DNA of 64,000 nucleotides from a virus (lineage: Duplodnaviria; Caudoviricetes). This document shows positions 21,493-31,562 of the stretch, one piece after another. The translations under genes and the position numbers were made by a program. The stretch covers positions 160,001 to 224,000 of the IMG/VR virus record IMGVR_UViG_3300029288_000057. The stretch is one strand, 5' to 3'. Every line of letters begins with the position of its first letter. The first letter of the stretch is position 1. The notes below the pieces were generated by a model. The model saw only the letters and a list, made by a program, of their open reading frames with translations. It did not search any database and was not told the origin of the DNA.

Positions 21493-22717
21493 TGATTCTT
21501 TCTTGTTTATATTCGTTAATAATATTTAAAAAATTTTCCTTTTCTCCTTCTTCGGTGTATTTTTCAAGCACCTTTTCATAAGTTTGCTGAATTTCTGGCA
21601 CATCCATCTCTCCATTCAGCCACTTGTCAATAGCAACACCTAAAATTTCTGCTGTTTGGAAAATATCTCCATTAACAGTCCAAAATCCATTTTCTGCGGT
21701 TACATATTCTTTTCCTCCGTATGCATTCCAACCGACTACATGGGTGCCAGATGCCATAGCCTCAAGAGGCAATGTTCCAAATCCCGCAATGTCATCAGTA
21801 TATAAAACAAATGCACAACTTGACAGTCTTTCTGCAAATTCTTTTTTTGATAGTCCACCTAGTTGAATAAATCTTACCCATCTTAAATGCGGATAAAATG
21901 CTTGAAATGTTTTTATGATATTAAATGTTTTCATTTGGTTTTCTTGTCCCCTATTTCCCATAAAACCAACCATTGGATATTTGTTTGATTGTTTTCCAGG
22001 AACCTTAAATAAGTTTCGATTTATACCTTGTGAAAAGCTTTTTACATTTAAACCAGGCATAACAATGTTAAGATATTCAGTTATTGCATCTGAAACAGAA
22101 ATGACATCAGACACACCAAGCCCCTGCCACGTTTCTCCAGTGTTTAAAGAGTTGAGAATGTAAAACCAGCTTTGTGCCAAAATAATCTTTTTACAGGCCA
22201 CTTGCATGGTTTTTTTCATTACATTTGGAAATCCTTCTGGAATTATAAAAAAATCTTCTGGATTAACATTTAGCGCAGTACTATCTTGTTTAGTTCCATC
22301 ATTATAAAAAATAGTTTTCTTATCTGATAAAGGAAGAAATTCAATATCAGAAAAATCAAAATCTAACCACGTTGGATTAAATTTCTCAAAAATTACAGCC
22401 TCTTTCCCCTGCTTTCTTGATTCTTCATAAGACGCTCTCTGGTCTTGTCTTGGTTCAAAAACTATTTTGGACTTATATCCTGCATCTTTTAAAATCCTTG
22501 CAAGTTTGATTAAAACTCCAATTCCACCACTTGCACTATTTAGGGGAGGACAATAGAAATAATAGTTTGATTCGTTGTTTTTAACCTTTTCTTTTACCGA
22601 CTCAACCAGAGCGTTGTGGTCAACCTGTGCGGTATCTGGCATTTCGTTTTTTTCGACTACTGGCTCAACCACAACATTAGGATTGGCTTGTATATTATCA
22701 GTCATTTCTTTTTCCAT
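21464..22717 (-). CDS. GT-B (GT4-like) glycosyltransferase
   Basis: SGGIGVL..AGFGTLPLEAMASGTHVVG. Confidence 0.8.
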   Translation of the reverse strand: MEKEMTDNIQANPNVVVEPVVEKNEMPDTAQVDHNALVESVKEKVKNNESNYYFYCPPLNSASGGIGVLIKLARILKDAGYKSKIVFEPRQDQRASYEESRKQGKEAVIFEKFNPTWLDFDFSDIEFLPLSDKKTIFYNDGTKQDSTALNVNPEDFFIIPEGFPNVMKKTMQVACKKIILAQSWFYILNSLNTGETWQGLGVSDVISVSDAITEYLNIVMPGLNVKSFSQGINRNLFKVPGKQSNKYPMVGFMGNRGQENQMKTFNIIKTFQAFYPHLRWVRFIQLGGLSKKEFAERLSSCAFVLYTDDIAGFGTLPLEAMASGTHVVGWNAYGGKEYVTAENGFWTVNGDIFQTAEILGVAIDKWLNGEMDVPEIQQTYEKVLEKYTEEGEKENFLNIINEYKQERINELEGLKKQ

Positions 22718-22743
22718 ATGAATTATTACATTTATTTAATTAA

Positions 22744-22772
22744 ATTATACTTATTTATTAACGCAAAGTAAA
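22744..22772 (-). promoter_or_regulatory. Host-RNAP-type promoter TTTACT-N17-TATAAT
   Basis: Read directly on the minus strand upstream of ATG 22717. Confidence 0.6.
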
Positions 22773-22780
22773 TAGTTGTT

Positions 22781-23803
22781 TTATTTTTTATGTCTTTTCG
22801 TAGCGACAACCTTCTTTTTTGCAACAACTTTTTTCTTTGCAACATTGTGTTTTCTTTTTTTAATTTCTAGCACTGTTTGAGACAAGGGTTTAATTGTTGT
22901 TTCAGAATAAACTTCCACCACTAAACTCAACAATCTTTCAACGTTTTGTGCACTAATAACACCTTCTGAAATGACTTTGCCATCCATTGTTACATTTCTT
23001 AAAGAAAGAAATTTTTGTTTCGTAACTTCGCTTGTTTTAACCTCTAATTCAAAAGAAAAATGCTTTGGGTTTATTTGTGTAAAAAAATTATTCCTTGGCA
23101 TACAATCATCTTGAAAATCTCTCTCTTCTTTATTACTTACATAGTAAGTTTCTATGGACTTGTTTTCAATATGTATTTGTTCATGTGTGGCCTGTAATTC
23201 AGATTTGTGCTCTTCAATATAGTTGAATAATTTTTCTAATACATCTTCTGTATATTGAATGTGGTGTTTATAGCCGCTGGTGGCTTGTTCTGCAAGTATA
23301 TCTCTTAGCATTGCGGCATTTTTTGCATTTGGCCGTGTGAAAATTAACTTGTTAGAATATTGCTCTCTGTTTGGGTTATTCTTGTCTAGAATTTTATAAT
23401 CGCATTCTTTTTCCCCAAATAATTTTTCCATTTGAGCCTCTGTCAACTCAACCTTTGTTCTGGGTGGCTGCGGGTTGTTAAGTTGAGTTCCTAACGAAAA
23501 TGGGAAATCATCAGATTCTTTTTTTCCATATTCTACAATTTTAGAAAAGTCATCCTTATACCTACCATTCATGATGTTGTTAATCACACCAAGTTTGTTT
23601 TTTTCCATTCCCCTAACCCTTTCTGCCCAAGATGTGTCCGTTTTAGTATCATTTGTAATGGGGGTTTCGTCTTCGTAAAAATCGCTTATTACATCTTGTA
23701 CCATTTCCTTAAAGAAATCTTCGTTAGAAATTTGTTTTGCCATGATTCTTGCTAGTTCTTTTTGAACCATGTTTTTCATTTCTGTTTTTACAGAATTTTT
23801 CAT
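22781..23803 (-). CDS. Hypothetical protein with Lys-rich C-terminal tail
   Basis: Ends KKKVVAKKKVVATKRHKK. Confidence 0.6.
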   Translation of the reverse strand: MKNSVKTEMKNMVQKELARIMAKQISNEDFFKEMVQDVISDFYEDETPITNDTKTDTSWAERVRGMEKNKLGVINNIMNGRYKDDFSKIVEYGKKESDDFPFSLGTQLNNPQPPRTKVELTEAQMEKLFGEKECDYKILDKNNPNREQYSNKLIFTRPNAKNAAMLRDILAEQATSGYKHHIQYTEDVLEKLFNYIEEHKSELQATHEQIHIENKSIETYYVSNKEERDFQDDCMPRNNFFTQINPKHFSFELEVKTSEVTKQKFLSLRNVTMDGKVISEGVISAQNVERLLSLVVEVYSETTIKPLSQTVLEIKKRKHNVAKKKVVAKKKVVATKRHKK

Positions 23804-23807
23804 ATTT

Positions 23808-24584
23808 TTATTTATTTTCAAAAAGTTTTTTTAACAGCATATCGTTATTCAAATCCTTCAATCCCTTAAGTGTATAATCAGCTTCATCATATTGATTGTA
23901 TAACCTATCAATTTTAATAGAAACTTTGTCTTCTGGTTTATTTTGAAACGCTAGTGGAGATGCATCAACAAGAACATCGCAATAATTCCACTTATCTGCA
24001 TCATCTTTTACAACCTGAACATTTCTTGCTCTACTTCCAGTCTTGTGAAGAAAGAAGTAGTTTGCAGAGATTGCTGTGGCTTTTAAGCCTGTAATGAGTA
24101 CGGTTTCGAACAAATTGTTTTGTAACCCATAAGCTTGAATTCTGTTAAAATGGCTCATTGCCCCTTGAAATTCTTCGGAGTCCCCAAATATCCTAAAAGG
24201 ATGCTGCTCATACATGAATTTATTCAATGCCTCCTGGGGTGTTAAGATTTTATTTTCAAAACTATCAAAATTTTGAAATATTATATTTTTTTCTTCTTCT
24301 TCTAATTTAAACGCATTATCATTTTCAAATTCTTTGATTTCTTTAAATTGATAGTGATTTAGCAAATCGGGAGAATCTACTGGGAGAGAAATTAATTCTT
24401 TTATTTTTTCTTCCAGCTTTTTCGTCTTTTCTTCATAATCTTGTTCGGTGGGCTCTTTGAGTTGAAACTCATCGTTCATTTCTACAATACTTTCATTAAT
24501 AATGAAAGTTTTTCTGTACTGTTTATCAAATGCGTCAAGATAATTTCTTATAACGCCATCAATTGAAATTCCTAGTTTTTTCAT
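23808..24584 (-). CDS. HAD 5'(3')-deoxyribonucleotidase-like protein, catalytic motifs degenerate
   Basis: KLGISIDGVIRNY (SxD instead of DxD), DVLVDASP (DA instead of DD), YNQ near the end. Confidence 0.6.
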   Translation of the reverse strand: MKKLGISIDGVIRNYLDAFDKQYRKTFIINESIVEMNDEFQLKEPTEQDYEEKTKKLEEKIKELISLPVDSPDLLNHYQFKEIKEFENDNAFKLEEEEKNIIFQNFDSFENKILTPQEALNKFMYEQHPFRIFGDSEEFQGAMSHFNRIQAYGLQNNLFETVLITGLKATAISANYFFLHKTGSRARNVQVVKDDADKWNYCDVLVDASPLAFQNKPEDKVSIKIDRLYNQYDEADYTLKGLKDLNNDMLLKKLFENK

Positions 24585-24585
24585 A

Positions 24586-24975
24586 TTATATAGCTCTTTT
24601 ATTAAGTAAAACAAATTGTTCCAAACTATGGTTTACACACATTCTGAATAAGAAGTTTTTTTCCATCTTAGCTTCTCTGCATAAAATATTTCCATCCAAG
24701 TGGACTCCTCCTCCTGGAATTGGTATTTCTGAGAGCTTTCCTCTAATTCTTCCTAACATTTCTTTGCAAATTGCCAAAGTATATCTCTTTATCCAAGTGT
24801 TTTGTATTTTAAGGTTTAATTTGCGGTCATCCTCAGAAAGAATAGATGAAAAAAACTCAAAATCTTCTTTGGCAACTACAATTGCTTCATTAATTTGTTC
24901 ATCTGACAGTTCAATATCAATTACAGGACCACCAAGCATCATTTTAATTTGTCTAATAATTTCACTGTTTTCCAT
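24586..24975 (-). CDS. Miniature neck protein, T4 gp13-like
   Basis: LGGPVIDIELSDEQINEAI (gp13 N-terminus) joined closely to WIKRYTLAICKEMLGRIRGKL..IPGGGVHLDG (gp13 C-terminus). Confidence 0.7.
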   Translation of the reverse strand: MENSEIIRQIKMMLGGPVIDIELSDEQINEAIVVAKEDFEFFSSILSEDDRKLNLKIQNTWIKRYTLAICKEMLGRIRGKLSEIPIPGGGVHLDGNILCREAKMEKNFLFRMCVNHSLEQFVLLNKRAI

Positions 24976-25004
24976 AAGTTTTTTATTTGTTATGGTAGAA
25001 AAAT

Positions 25005-25037
25005 AAAAAAAGCCCTTACTAATGTAAAGGCTTTTTT
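25005..25037 (-). terminator. Intrinsic terminator
   Basis: Minus strand GCCTTTAC-ATTA-GTAAGGGC followed by a T-run, after the 25057 stop. Confidence 0.75.
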
Positions 25038-25056
25038 AAAAATATTTAAACTTTAT

Positions 25057-26613
25057 TTATTCGAACGTTGTGAATTCAGCATCGGGTCCAATATACAATA
25101 TAGTCTGACACTTTCCATCATTATGGATTATTACGTCTGAGTGCACCCAATCAGATGCTGCATGATTGTATCCTTGTCTTAATTTGCAGTTACAACCAAC
25201 TTGGACGGCTCCGTCAAATCTTGCCACTCCGTGTGCATGCCCAGTTATTATTTTAGTGTTTAGTCTCTTAAATTGTTGAATATTACCTCTTGAACCGCAT
25301 GTTCCATCCATTCCGTGTTTGCTTAATTCCCATCCTTTTACCTTATATGAACCATCCCTTGGGAGAACTTTAATGCCAGGAAATCTTTGGTTTATTATAT
25401 ATCCCAGAAGTCCATTTGGCGCCTTATCTTCTAATAGCACCTTTGAATATTCGACAAATTCGAGTGCGTTTTTTATGTTTTTCTTTGGGTCTGAGTTGAT
25501 GATAAATCTGTCTAAAAAGTTATCGTGGTTTGAAAACACTACAACTAAATTATATTGTTTAATTGTATCCAAAAACTTCAATATTTTATCGATTTCTTTT
25601 TTTAAAGAACTCACATCTTCAACTTCATTTCTGTATTGTTGAATCCAGCTCTTTTCTTCGTGTGGATTAACACTTTTGAAATCTGCTAAATCGTGTAAAA
25701 AGATTTCATTTGGTTTTAATTTTGGTATTAATTCATTAAATGACCTTTTTATTACATTTTCATCATGAGCTCCATAGTGAATGTCTCCCTTAATCAATGC
25801 CGTTATCTCTTTGTTTCTTGTTACCTGTCCGTTGCTAACATTCCAGTATAAATCATTAAAATCACCGCTCGATTCTGCTGTAATTTGTCTTGCAAAAAAG
25901 ACATCATCATTCTTTATTTCAACAATTACTGCGCCATATGTTAAGTGGAATTCTGAAATCTTTCCTATTTTACTGTCTGTGAAATTTGGTGCTGTTAAAT
26001 TACCAGTAGTAAACATAATTCTTGGGTTATCGTCTAAAACTGGCAAAGATTTCATTTGTATTCTTGGATGTCCTACTACACAGGACTCTTTACAAAGTGA
26101 CTCTAGGCTGGTTAGTGGAAGTATTGCCGTGGGCTGAATTTTAACATCACTTAAAATCGTTATTTTATTGTTTAAATCATGTCTGTTTAATGTAAGATAT
26201 GGTATGATTTTTTCATCCCACCACTCTTGTTTTTTGTCAGTTTCCAGAATAATACTTGTTGGATTGTGATATCTATAAGGAATTACAAGAATCTCCGCAT
26301 CAATAAATTCAGAATAGGCAAGTAAGTTGTTCCAAAACCCAGTGTTTATTTTTGTGGCGTTTTGCGCAGCGGTTATTAGGAATCTTTTCTTTTTTGTGTC
26401 ATGCTGCTTTTGTTTTGCAATTTCCAATTGTTCTGGAATTATTTCAGATTTTTCTTTAATCCCCATTCTTACCAACCAATATCTAACGGTTCTTTCTGAT
26501 TTATTAAAATATTTCATCAGAATTGCCATTCTGTCATCCCATGACAATGATTTGTCTGAATAAATTTTCTTAGTATAAGCAATGTCGGATTCAGTTAATT
26601 TTTTAAATTTCAT
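25057..26613 (-). CDS. HTH + calcineurin-like metallophosphoesterase
   Basis: GDIHYG, HDLAD, SNHD, HG, TGHAH motifs; N-terminal HTH (KSERTVRYWL). Confidence 0.75.
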   Translation of the reverse strand: MKFKKLTESDIAYTKKIYSDKSLSWDDRMAILMKYFNKSERTVRYWLVRMGIKEKSEIIPEQLEIAKQKQHDTKKKRFLITAAQNATKINTGFWNNLLAYSEFIDAEILVIPYRYHNPTSIILETDKKQEWWDEKIIPYLTLNRHDLNNKITILSDVKIQPTAILPLTSLESLCKESCVVGHPRIQMKSLPVLDDNPRIMFTTGNLTAPNFTDSKIGKISEFHLTYGAVIVEIKNDDVFFARQITAESSGDFNDLYWNVSNGQVTRNKEITALIKGDIHYGAHDENVIKRSFNELIPKLKPNEIFLHDLADFKSVNPHEEKSWIQQYRNEVEDVSSLKKEIDKILKFLDTIKQYNLVVVFSNHDNFLDRFIINSDPKKNIKNALEFVEYSKVLLEDKAPNGLLGYIINQRFPGIKVLPRDGSYKVKGWELSKHGMDGTCGSRGNIQQFKRLNTKIITGHAHGVARFDGAVQVGCNCKLRQGYNHAASDWVHSDVIIHNDGKCQTILYIGPDAEFTTFE

Positions 26614-26633
26614 GTCTTTTGTCTTTTGTTGTG

Positions 26634-26665
26634 CAAATATATATAAAAAAAATTAGAAATACAAA
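26634..26665 (-). promoter_or_regulatory. Bacteroidota-type promoter TTTG-N20-TATATTTG
   Basis: Exact -33 TTTG / -7 TAnnTTTG with a 20-nt spacer upstream of ATG 26613. Confidence 0.65.
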
Positions 26666-26670
26666 AAAAA

Positions 26671-27699
26671 TTATTCTATTTTTCCTGTTTTTTGATATTG
26701 GTCAATATCGCCCTTTAATATATCTATAACTAGTTCATTAAAGTTAATCTTTGGTTCCCAACCCAATTTTTCTTTTGCTTTTGTTGCATCTCCCAATAGG
26801 AAATCAACCTCTGTTGGTCTAAAATATTTTGGGTCAATCTCAATTAATAGCTGCCCAGTTTTTTTATCATACCCCTTTTCTTCAACACCAACTCCTTCCC
26901 ACCCAATCTCAAAACCAAGGTAATCAGCTGCAAATTCTACAAATTGTCTTACAGAATAGGCTTTGCCAGTGGCTAAAATAAAATCATCAGGCTCATCAGT
27001 TTGAAGCATTCTCCACATTCCCTCAACATATTCTTTTGCGTGACCCCAATCTCTTTTTGCGTCCATATTCCCCAGGCGAACTGTTTTGTTTTCTCCATAT
27101 TTTATTCTCACCAATTCAGATGTAATTTTTCTAGTTACGAAAGTTAGCCCCCTACGTGGAGATTCGTGGTTAAACAAAATTCCGTTACAGGCAAACAGGT
27201 TATATGCCTCTCTATAGTTTTTTACAATCCAGAATCCATATATTTTAGCCACTCCATATGGGCTTCTTGGGTAGAAAGGCGTTGTTTCTTTTTGTGGAAT
27301 CTCCTGAACTTTTCCAAAAAGCTCGGATGTTGACGCCTGGTAAAACTTTGCTTTGGGACAATGATTTTTTACTGCCTCTAATATATTTAATGTTCCTATG
27401 GCATCTACCTGTCCTGTATAATAAGGAATTTCGAAAGATACTTGAACGTGGCTTTGAGCGGCAAGGTTGTAAATTTCATCTGGTTGTATCTTAGAAACCA
27501 AGTTTGATATGGCTGAGGAGTCTGTTACATCTCCAAAGTGTAATTTTAACTTATCATAGATGTGGTCTATTTTTCCTGTATTAAAAGAGCTACTTCTTCT
27601 AATTGTTCCATGTACTTCATATCCCTTGTCAAGCAGTAGCTCAGCTAGGTAGCTCCCATCTTGTCCGTTTATCCCTGTGCAAAATGCGACTTTTTTCAT
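26671..27699 (-). CDS. gmd: GDP-mannose 4,6-dehydratase
   Basis: [51 protein letters not shown]. Confidence 0.97.
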   Translation of the reverse strand: MKKVAFCTGINGQDGSYLAELLLDKGYEVHGTIRRSSSFNTGKIDHIYDKLKLHFGDVTDSSAISNLVSKIQPDEIYNLAAQSHVQVSFEIPYYTGQVDAIGTLNILEAVKNHCPKAKFYQASTSELFGKVQEIPQKETTPFYPRSPYGVAKIYGFWIVKNYREAYNLFACNGILFNHESPRRGLTFVTRKITSELVRIKYGENKTVRLGNMDAKRDWGHAKEYVEGMWRMLQTDEPDDFILATGKAYSVRQFVEFAADYLGFEIGWEGVGVEEKGYDKKTGQLLIEIDPKYFRPTEVDFLLGDATKAKEKLGWEPKINFNELVIDILKGDIDQYQKTGKIE

Positions 27700-28589
27700 A
27701 ACTCTATTTTATATTTTTTATTTTTATTTTGTTTATTATAATTTTCCAATTTATAAACATATTGTCTTGGCATTTTGTTTTGTTCTAGAATCCAAAGTAA
27801 AAACATGTGCGAACTTTTTTTATCAAAAAACAATCTGCCTCTAGAATTTATTTTTGCTTTAAACCCTTGTGTTTTTAATTTTTTGATAAGAATTTGTTTG
27901 TCTTCAAAAGAAAAGCACTCTGTGCATAATATAACATTTGCATAATTACAATATCCGTCTCCAATAAACCACCAAAAACAAGATGTGGGTGTTATTCGCA
28001 CGTCGTGTGGAATTATTTTCTTATTTTTATACCACCTCGCTCTTTGTTTTAATAAATCAAAGTAAGAATTTGACTTAAGGAAAAACCCAGTATATTGTTT
28101 TTTGGTTATTTTATGTGGCTTTGATGTATACTCAAAAACATTCCCAAATTTTATAGATTTAAAAGAAGCAACAACTTCTTCTAATGTTTCCTTAAATTTG
28201 CAGCCATATGTTATTCTAGATGATACTTTCGATTTTCCATCTAATGAGGCATCTGCTAACAAAATGCCGTCTAACACTTCAATTTCTAAATTTGAAATGT
28301 TGCATGTTTTTGCTCTTTTTAAGCTAATTTTATATCTAGAGTCAACCATTTTATCTATTGATTCTTTAGAGTGTGTTTTTGCAAAAAAAGAATTTCCAAC
28401 TCCCATAGAACGAATAGATTGCCTTTTCTTTTGTTCTTCCGTCATTTTTCTCCCAAGATTCAATTTACCATTAAAAGACCTTGCACAATTTATACAACAA
28501 AATCTCTTTTTTAATCCTTTTTTTGTAGAATTAGTTAAAAAAATATTATTGCACTTTTCACATTTTTTTTCTATAACTTCTTTTTTCAT
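27696..28589 (-). mobile_element. Free-standing LAGLIDADG homing endonuclease with Zn-finger and NUMOD3
   Basis: LDGILLADASL and WWFIGDG LAGLIDADG helices; GNSFFAKTHSKES NUMOD3; own TATTTATA at 28603-28610. Confidence 0.8.
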
Positions 28590-28654
28590 TTTTGTTTTTT
28601 ATTATAAATAGTATGAAATTTTCAAACCAGCTATTCCAAAAACTAAAGTCTTAT

Positions 28655-29818
28655 TCAAAATTCATTAACAATGGTTGCTATATAATTAATATCTCGCAAT
28701 GATAAATCCTGATGATTTGGCAAATAAAGACCAAACTCATCTATTTTATTTGCGTTTGGAAAATTCGTTTTGCCATATCTTTTTATCCAAAATGGTTTAT
28801 TCGCTATTGACCCTGCGATTAAAGGACGAACCTCTATGTTGTTCTTTCGAAGTGCTTCTGCTATTTCATTTCTTTTTTTGTGAACTATTGGATATCCAAG
28901 ATTGGAAATAAAAGATTCTTTCCTTTTTTCTATTTTTAATTCATTGTTTTTTATTAAAGATTCATAATAATAATAATTTTTATTACGAAGTGCACTGTAA
29001 TAATCAAGTTTTTCAATAGCTCTTAATCCAATAAACGCCTGAAAGTCGGTGGAACGAAGATTTAACCCTGGATAATAAAAGCAATATAGCTCATCGAAAT
29101 CCGAGGTGTTCCACTCTTTTTTTAACTTTTGCTTTGCCTCATCAGACAAATCTCTGTTCCAACCGTGACTTCTCATTGATAATAAAATGGTGTTTAACTC
29201 ATCATCACTAGTGCTTATAAAACCACCTTCTATTGTTGAAATATGGTGTCCAAAATACATGCTATATACAGATGCTAGCCCGAACGACCCAAGCATTTTA
29301 CCTTCATATCTGGAGCCCATACTCTCACAATTGTCTTCCAGCAGTTCCACATTATATTTCTTACACAACTTAAGAACTTCCTTCATTTTAGGAACTATTC
29401 CCAATGGTGAAACTGAAATAAACAACATGGGTTTTTCTTCTTGGTTGTCTTTAAATATTTGTTCCAAATTGTTTAAATCGCATGACAAATCTTCCATATT
29501 ACAGTCACACAATATCGGCTCAAATCCAAGAAGCATGGGAGAACTAACGTCGGTTATCCAACTAAGCGTGGGGCATACAATTTTATTGCTATACCTGCCT
29601 GTTGTTTTTAATGCTGCCAAAAGTAATAAAATAGCAGATGAGCCAGAATTAACGAACACTGAATGTTTGGTGCCAACTTTTTTTGCCCATCTTTCCTCCA
29701 ATAAAACAGTAAGGTCTCCTTTCGTAAGCCTTGGGATGGGGTCTTGTTGTAACCATTTTATAAGCGCATCAATATCATCTCTATTGATTGTGTCGCTTAC
29801 TAAAGAAATTTTGTCCAT
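28655..29818 (-). CDS. colD: GDP-4-keto-6-deoxymannose 3-dehydratase (ColD-type, DegT/DnrJ fold)
   Basis: VNSGSSA, EDNCES, SMYFGHHISTIEGG (His where aminotransferases have Lys), RSHGWNR without the E1 Fe-S cysteines. Confidence 0.8.
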   Translation of the reverse strand: MDKISLVSDTINRDDIDALIKWLQQDPIPRLTKGDLTVLLEERWAKKVGTKHSVFVNSGSSAILLLLAALKTTGRYSNKIVCPTLSWITDVSSPMLLGFEPILCDCNMEDLSCDLNNLEQIFKDNQEEKPMLFISVSPLGIVPKMKEVLKLCKKYNVELLEDNCESMGSRYEGKMLGSFGLASVYSMYFGHHISTIEGGFISTSDDELNTILLSMRSHGWNRDLSDEAKQKLKKEWNTSDFDELYCFYYPGLNLRSTDFQAFIGLRAIEKLDYYSALRNKNYYYYESLIKNNELKIEKRKESFISNLGYPIVHKKRNEIAEALRKNNIEVRPLIAGSIANKPFWIKRYGKTNFPNANKIDEFGLYLPNHQDLSLRDINYIATIVNEF

Positions 29819-29846
29819 ATTTTGTCTTTGTTTCTAATTTTATGAT

Positions 29847-30767
29847 TTATTTTCTAATAATATCTTTATTTTCTAAATACCAATCTATTGTCTTATTAAT
29901 ACCTTCTTCAAGTGTTGTAAATTGAAAATCTTTCGGCACATCAGATTTTGCTGGCTTTCTAAATTGTCCTTTTGGTTTTGTTATATCATATTTAATTCGT
30001 TCCTGGTTTATTTTAAAGCGATTTGCGATGATATCTACAACTTCTTTAATAGAATACTCAGTTTCATTGATTGTCATCATTGGAACGTCTGATTTCCAAT
30101 TGTCGATAGCCCATAGTATAATCTTGGCCAAGTCGTCAGCATAGATAAACTGTCTTAGTGAAGTTCCATCCCCCCATACAACAAAATCCTTTTCATACAC
30201 AGAGGCTTCGTATCCCTTCCTTATTAACGCTGGAACTAAGTGTCCATTTTCTAAATTAAAATTGTCATTTTCTCCATATACATTGTTTGGGATGATAGAA
30301 ATCCAATTGTTTCCAGTTACCTCCCTTGAATATTTCGTTGAGTAATACAAAAGTCTCTTTGCATAAGAATATCCATGATTCGATGGGTGGGGAGCTCCGT
30401 TGTCAATTTGGTCTGCGGTCAGTGGATAAATCGCTTTATCTGGGAAAACGCAGGTCGACAATATCGTTACAACATTTTTTAAATTGTGTATAATAGCACA
30501 TCTGGCTACGTTACTGTCCATTGTGATGTTCTTAAGAAAAAATCCGCTGTTATCATTCATATTGGCTTGGACTCCACCAACTTTGGCTGCACAATGTATA
30601 AGTGTATCTGGATTCCGAATTGCATTTAAAGATGAGAAATACCAATTTACCTCTTGTGTGTCTAATAAATCGCAATGGCTCCTTTGATGATATATGTGTC
30701 CTTTTCCAAGATTGTTTCTTAATGCTGACCCCAAAAGTCCATTCGAGCCTGTTATTAATGCTTTCAT
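29847..30767 (-). CDS. fcl: GDP-L-fucose/GDP-L-colitose synthase (Fcl/ColC)
   Basis: ITGSNGLLG, HCAAKVGG, STCVFP, GYSYAKR, NVYGENDNF, WGDGTSLRQFIY. Confidence 0.9.
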   Translation of the reverse strand: MKALITGSNGLLGSALRNNLGKGHIYHQRSHCDLLDTQEVNWYFSSLNAIRNPDTLIHCAAKVGGVQANMNDNSGFFLKNITMDSNVARCAIIHNLKNVVTILSTCVFPDKAIYPLTADQIDNGAPHPSNHGYSYAKRLLYYSTKYSREVTGNNWISIIPNNVYGENDNFNLENGHLVPALIRKGYEASVYEKDFVVWGDGTSLRQFIYADDLAKIILWAIDNWKSDVPMMTINETEYSIKEVVDIIANRFKINQERIKYDITKPKGQFRKPAKSDVPKDFQFTTLEEGINKTIDWYLENKDIIRK

Positions 30768-30770
30768 ATT

Positions 30771-31562
30771 TTATATTTTTATCCAATTGTTACAATATAA
30801 ATCATTAGTGTTATAATTTGTATATTGAAAATTAAACCACTTTTTTGGTGCTACAACAATTTTGTTGTTGTTTTCATTTAACCAGGCACCCCACCAGGAA
30901 AAAGAAGAGTTTGCAATAATGTTGTTTTTACACAAAGACATAAGAAGTAGGTCCTCATAGTCTAGTTGTTTTTCAACAAAAATAAATTTTTCTGGCATAT
31001 CTGGAAAATTTTCTTTACACCACTGTATGTCATCTGAAAAAACAAGAAAAACACTATCTTCAGGCATTTGTTTTGATGCTTTTAAATAATAATCTATTCC
31101 TGGTATTATGTAAGCGTCTTGATATTTAAGATAATCACATCGTCTCACATGCATGGAGCAAGTTTCTTTATTAAGCAAATGTTTCCATTTTTCCACAATT
31201 TTATTTTTCACATCTTCTGGATATGAAAAAAGTTCTCTTATTTCTTTTTCGTGTTCGGAAAAGTGTTTTTCACTTTGAAAGTCTCCATCTAAATGAACAT
31301 CTGTGTCAATCGTTGGAATTTGACTAAAATGAAAATGTGGTTCATTGTATTTAAAGAAAGAGCTAAAATCATAGCTTTCTAAAAAAACCACCTTGTTAAA
31401 AACATTATCTTTATAATTGTCTACATGTCTATGTCTAACAACAGAATCTGTTGTTGTAAAAAAACATTCTTTATTGTTTTTTAGCGCATAAGAATATGCA
31501 CAGGCCACTTGAAACATGTAGTTGCACAATCCCCCTTTTAACTTTGCTGATACCTTGCTCAT
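30771..31562 (-). CDS. GT11 alpha-1,2-fucosyl/colitosyltransferase
   Basis: GGLCNYMFQ, HVRRCDY, VFSDDIQWC, IIANSSFSWWGAWL. Confidence 0.9.
   Translation of the reverse strand: MSKVSAKLKGGLCNYMFQVACAYSYALKNNKECFFTTTDSVVRHRHVDNYKDNVFNKVVFLESYDFSSFFKYNEPHFHFSQIPTIDTDVHLDGDFQSEKHFSEHEKEIRELFSYPEDVKNKIVEKWKHLLNKETCSMHVRRCDYLKYQDAYIIPGIDYYLKASKQMPEDSVFLVFSDDIQWCKENFPDMPEKFIFVEKQLDYEDLLLMSLCKNNIIANSSFSWWGAWLNENNNKIVVAPKKWFNFQYTNYNTNDLYCNNWIKI

Noticed and set aside
28655-29818. Perosamine synthase or other sugar aminotransferase
   Set aside because: Catalytic Lys position is His (GHHIST)
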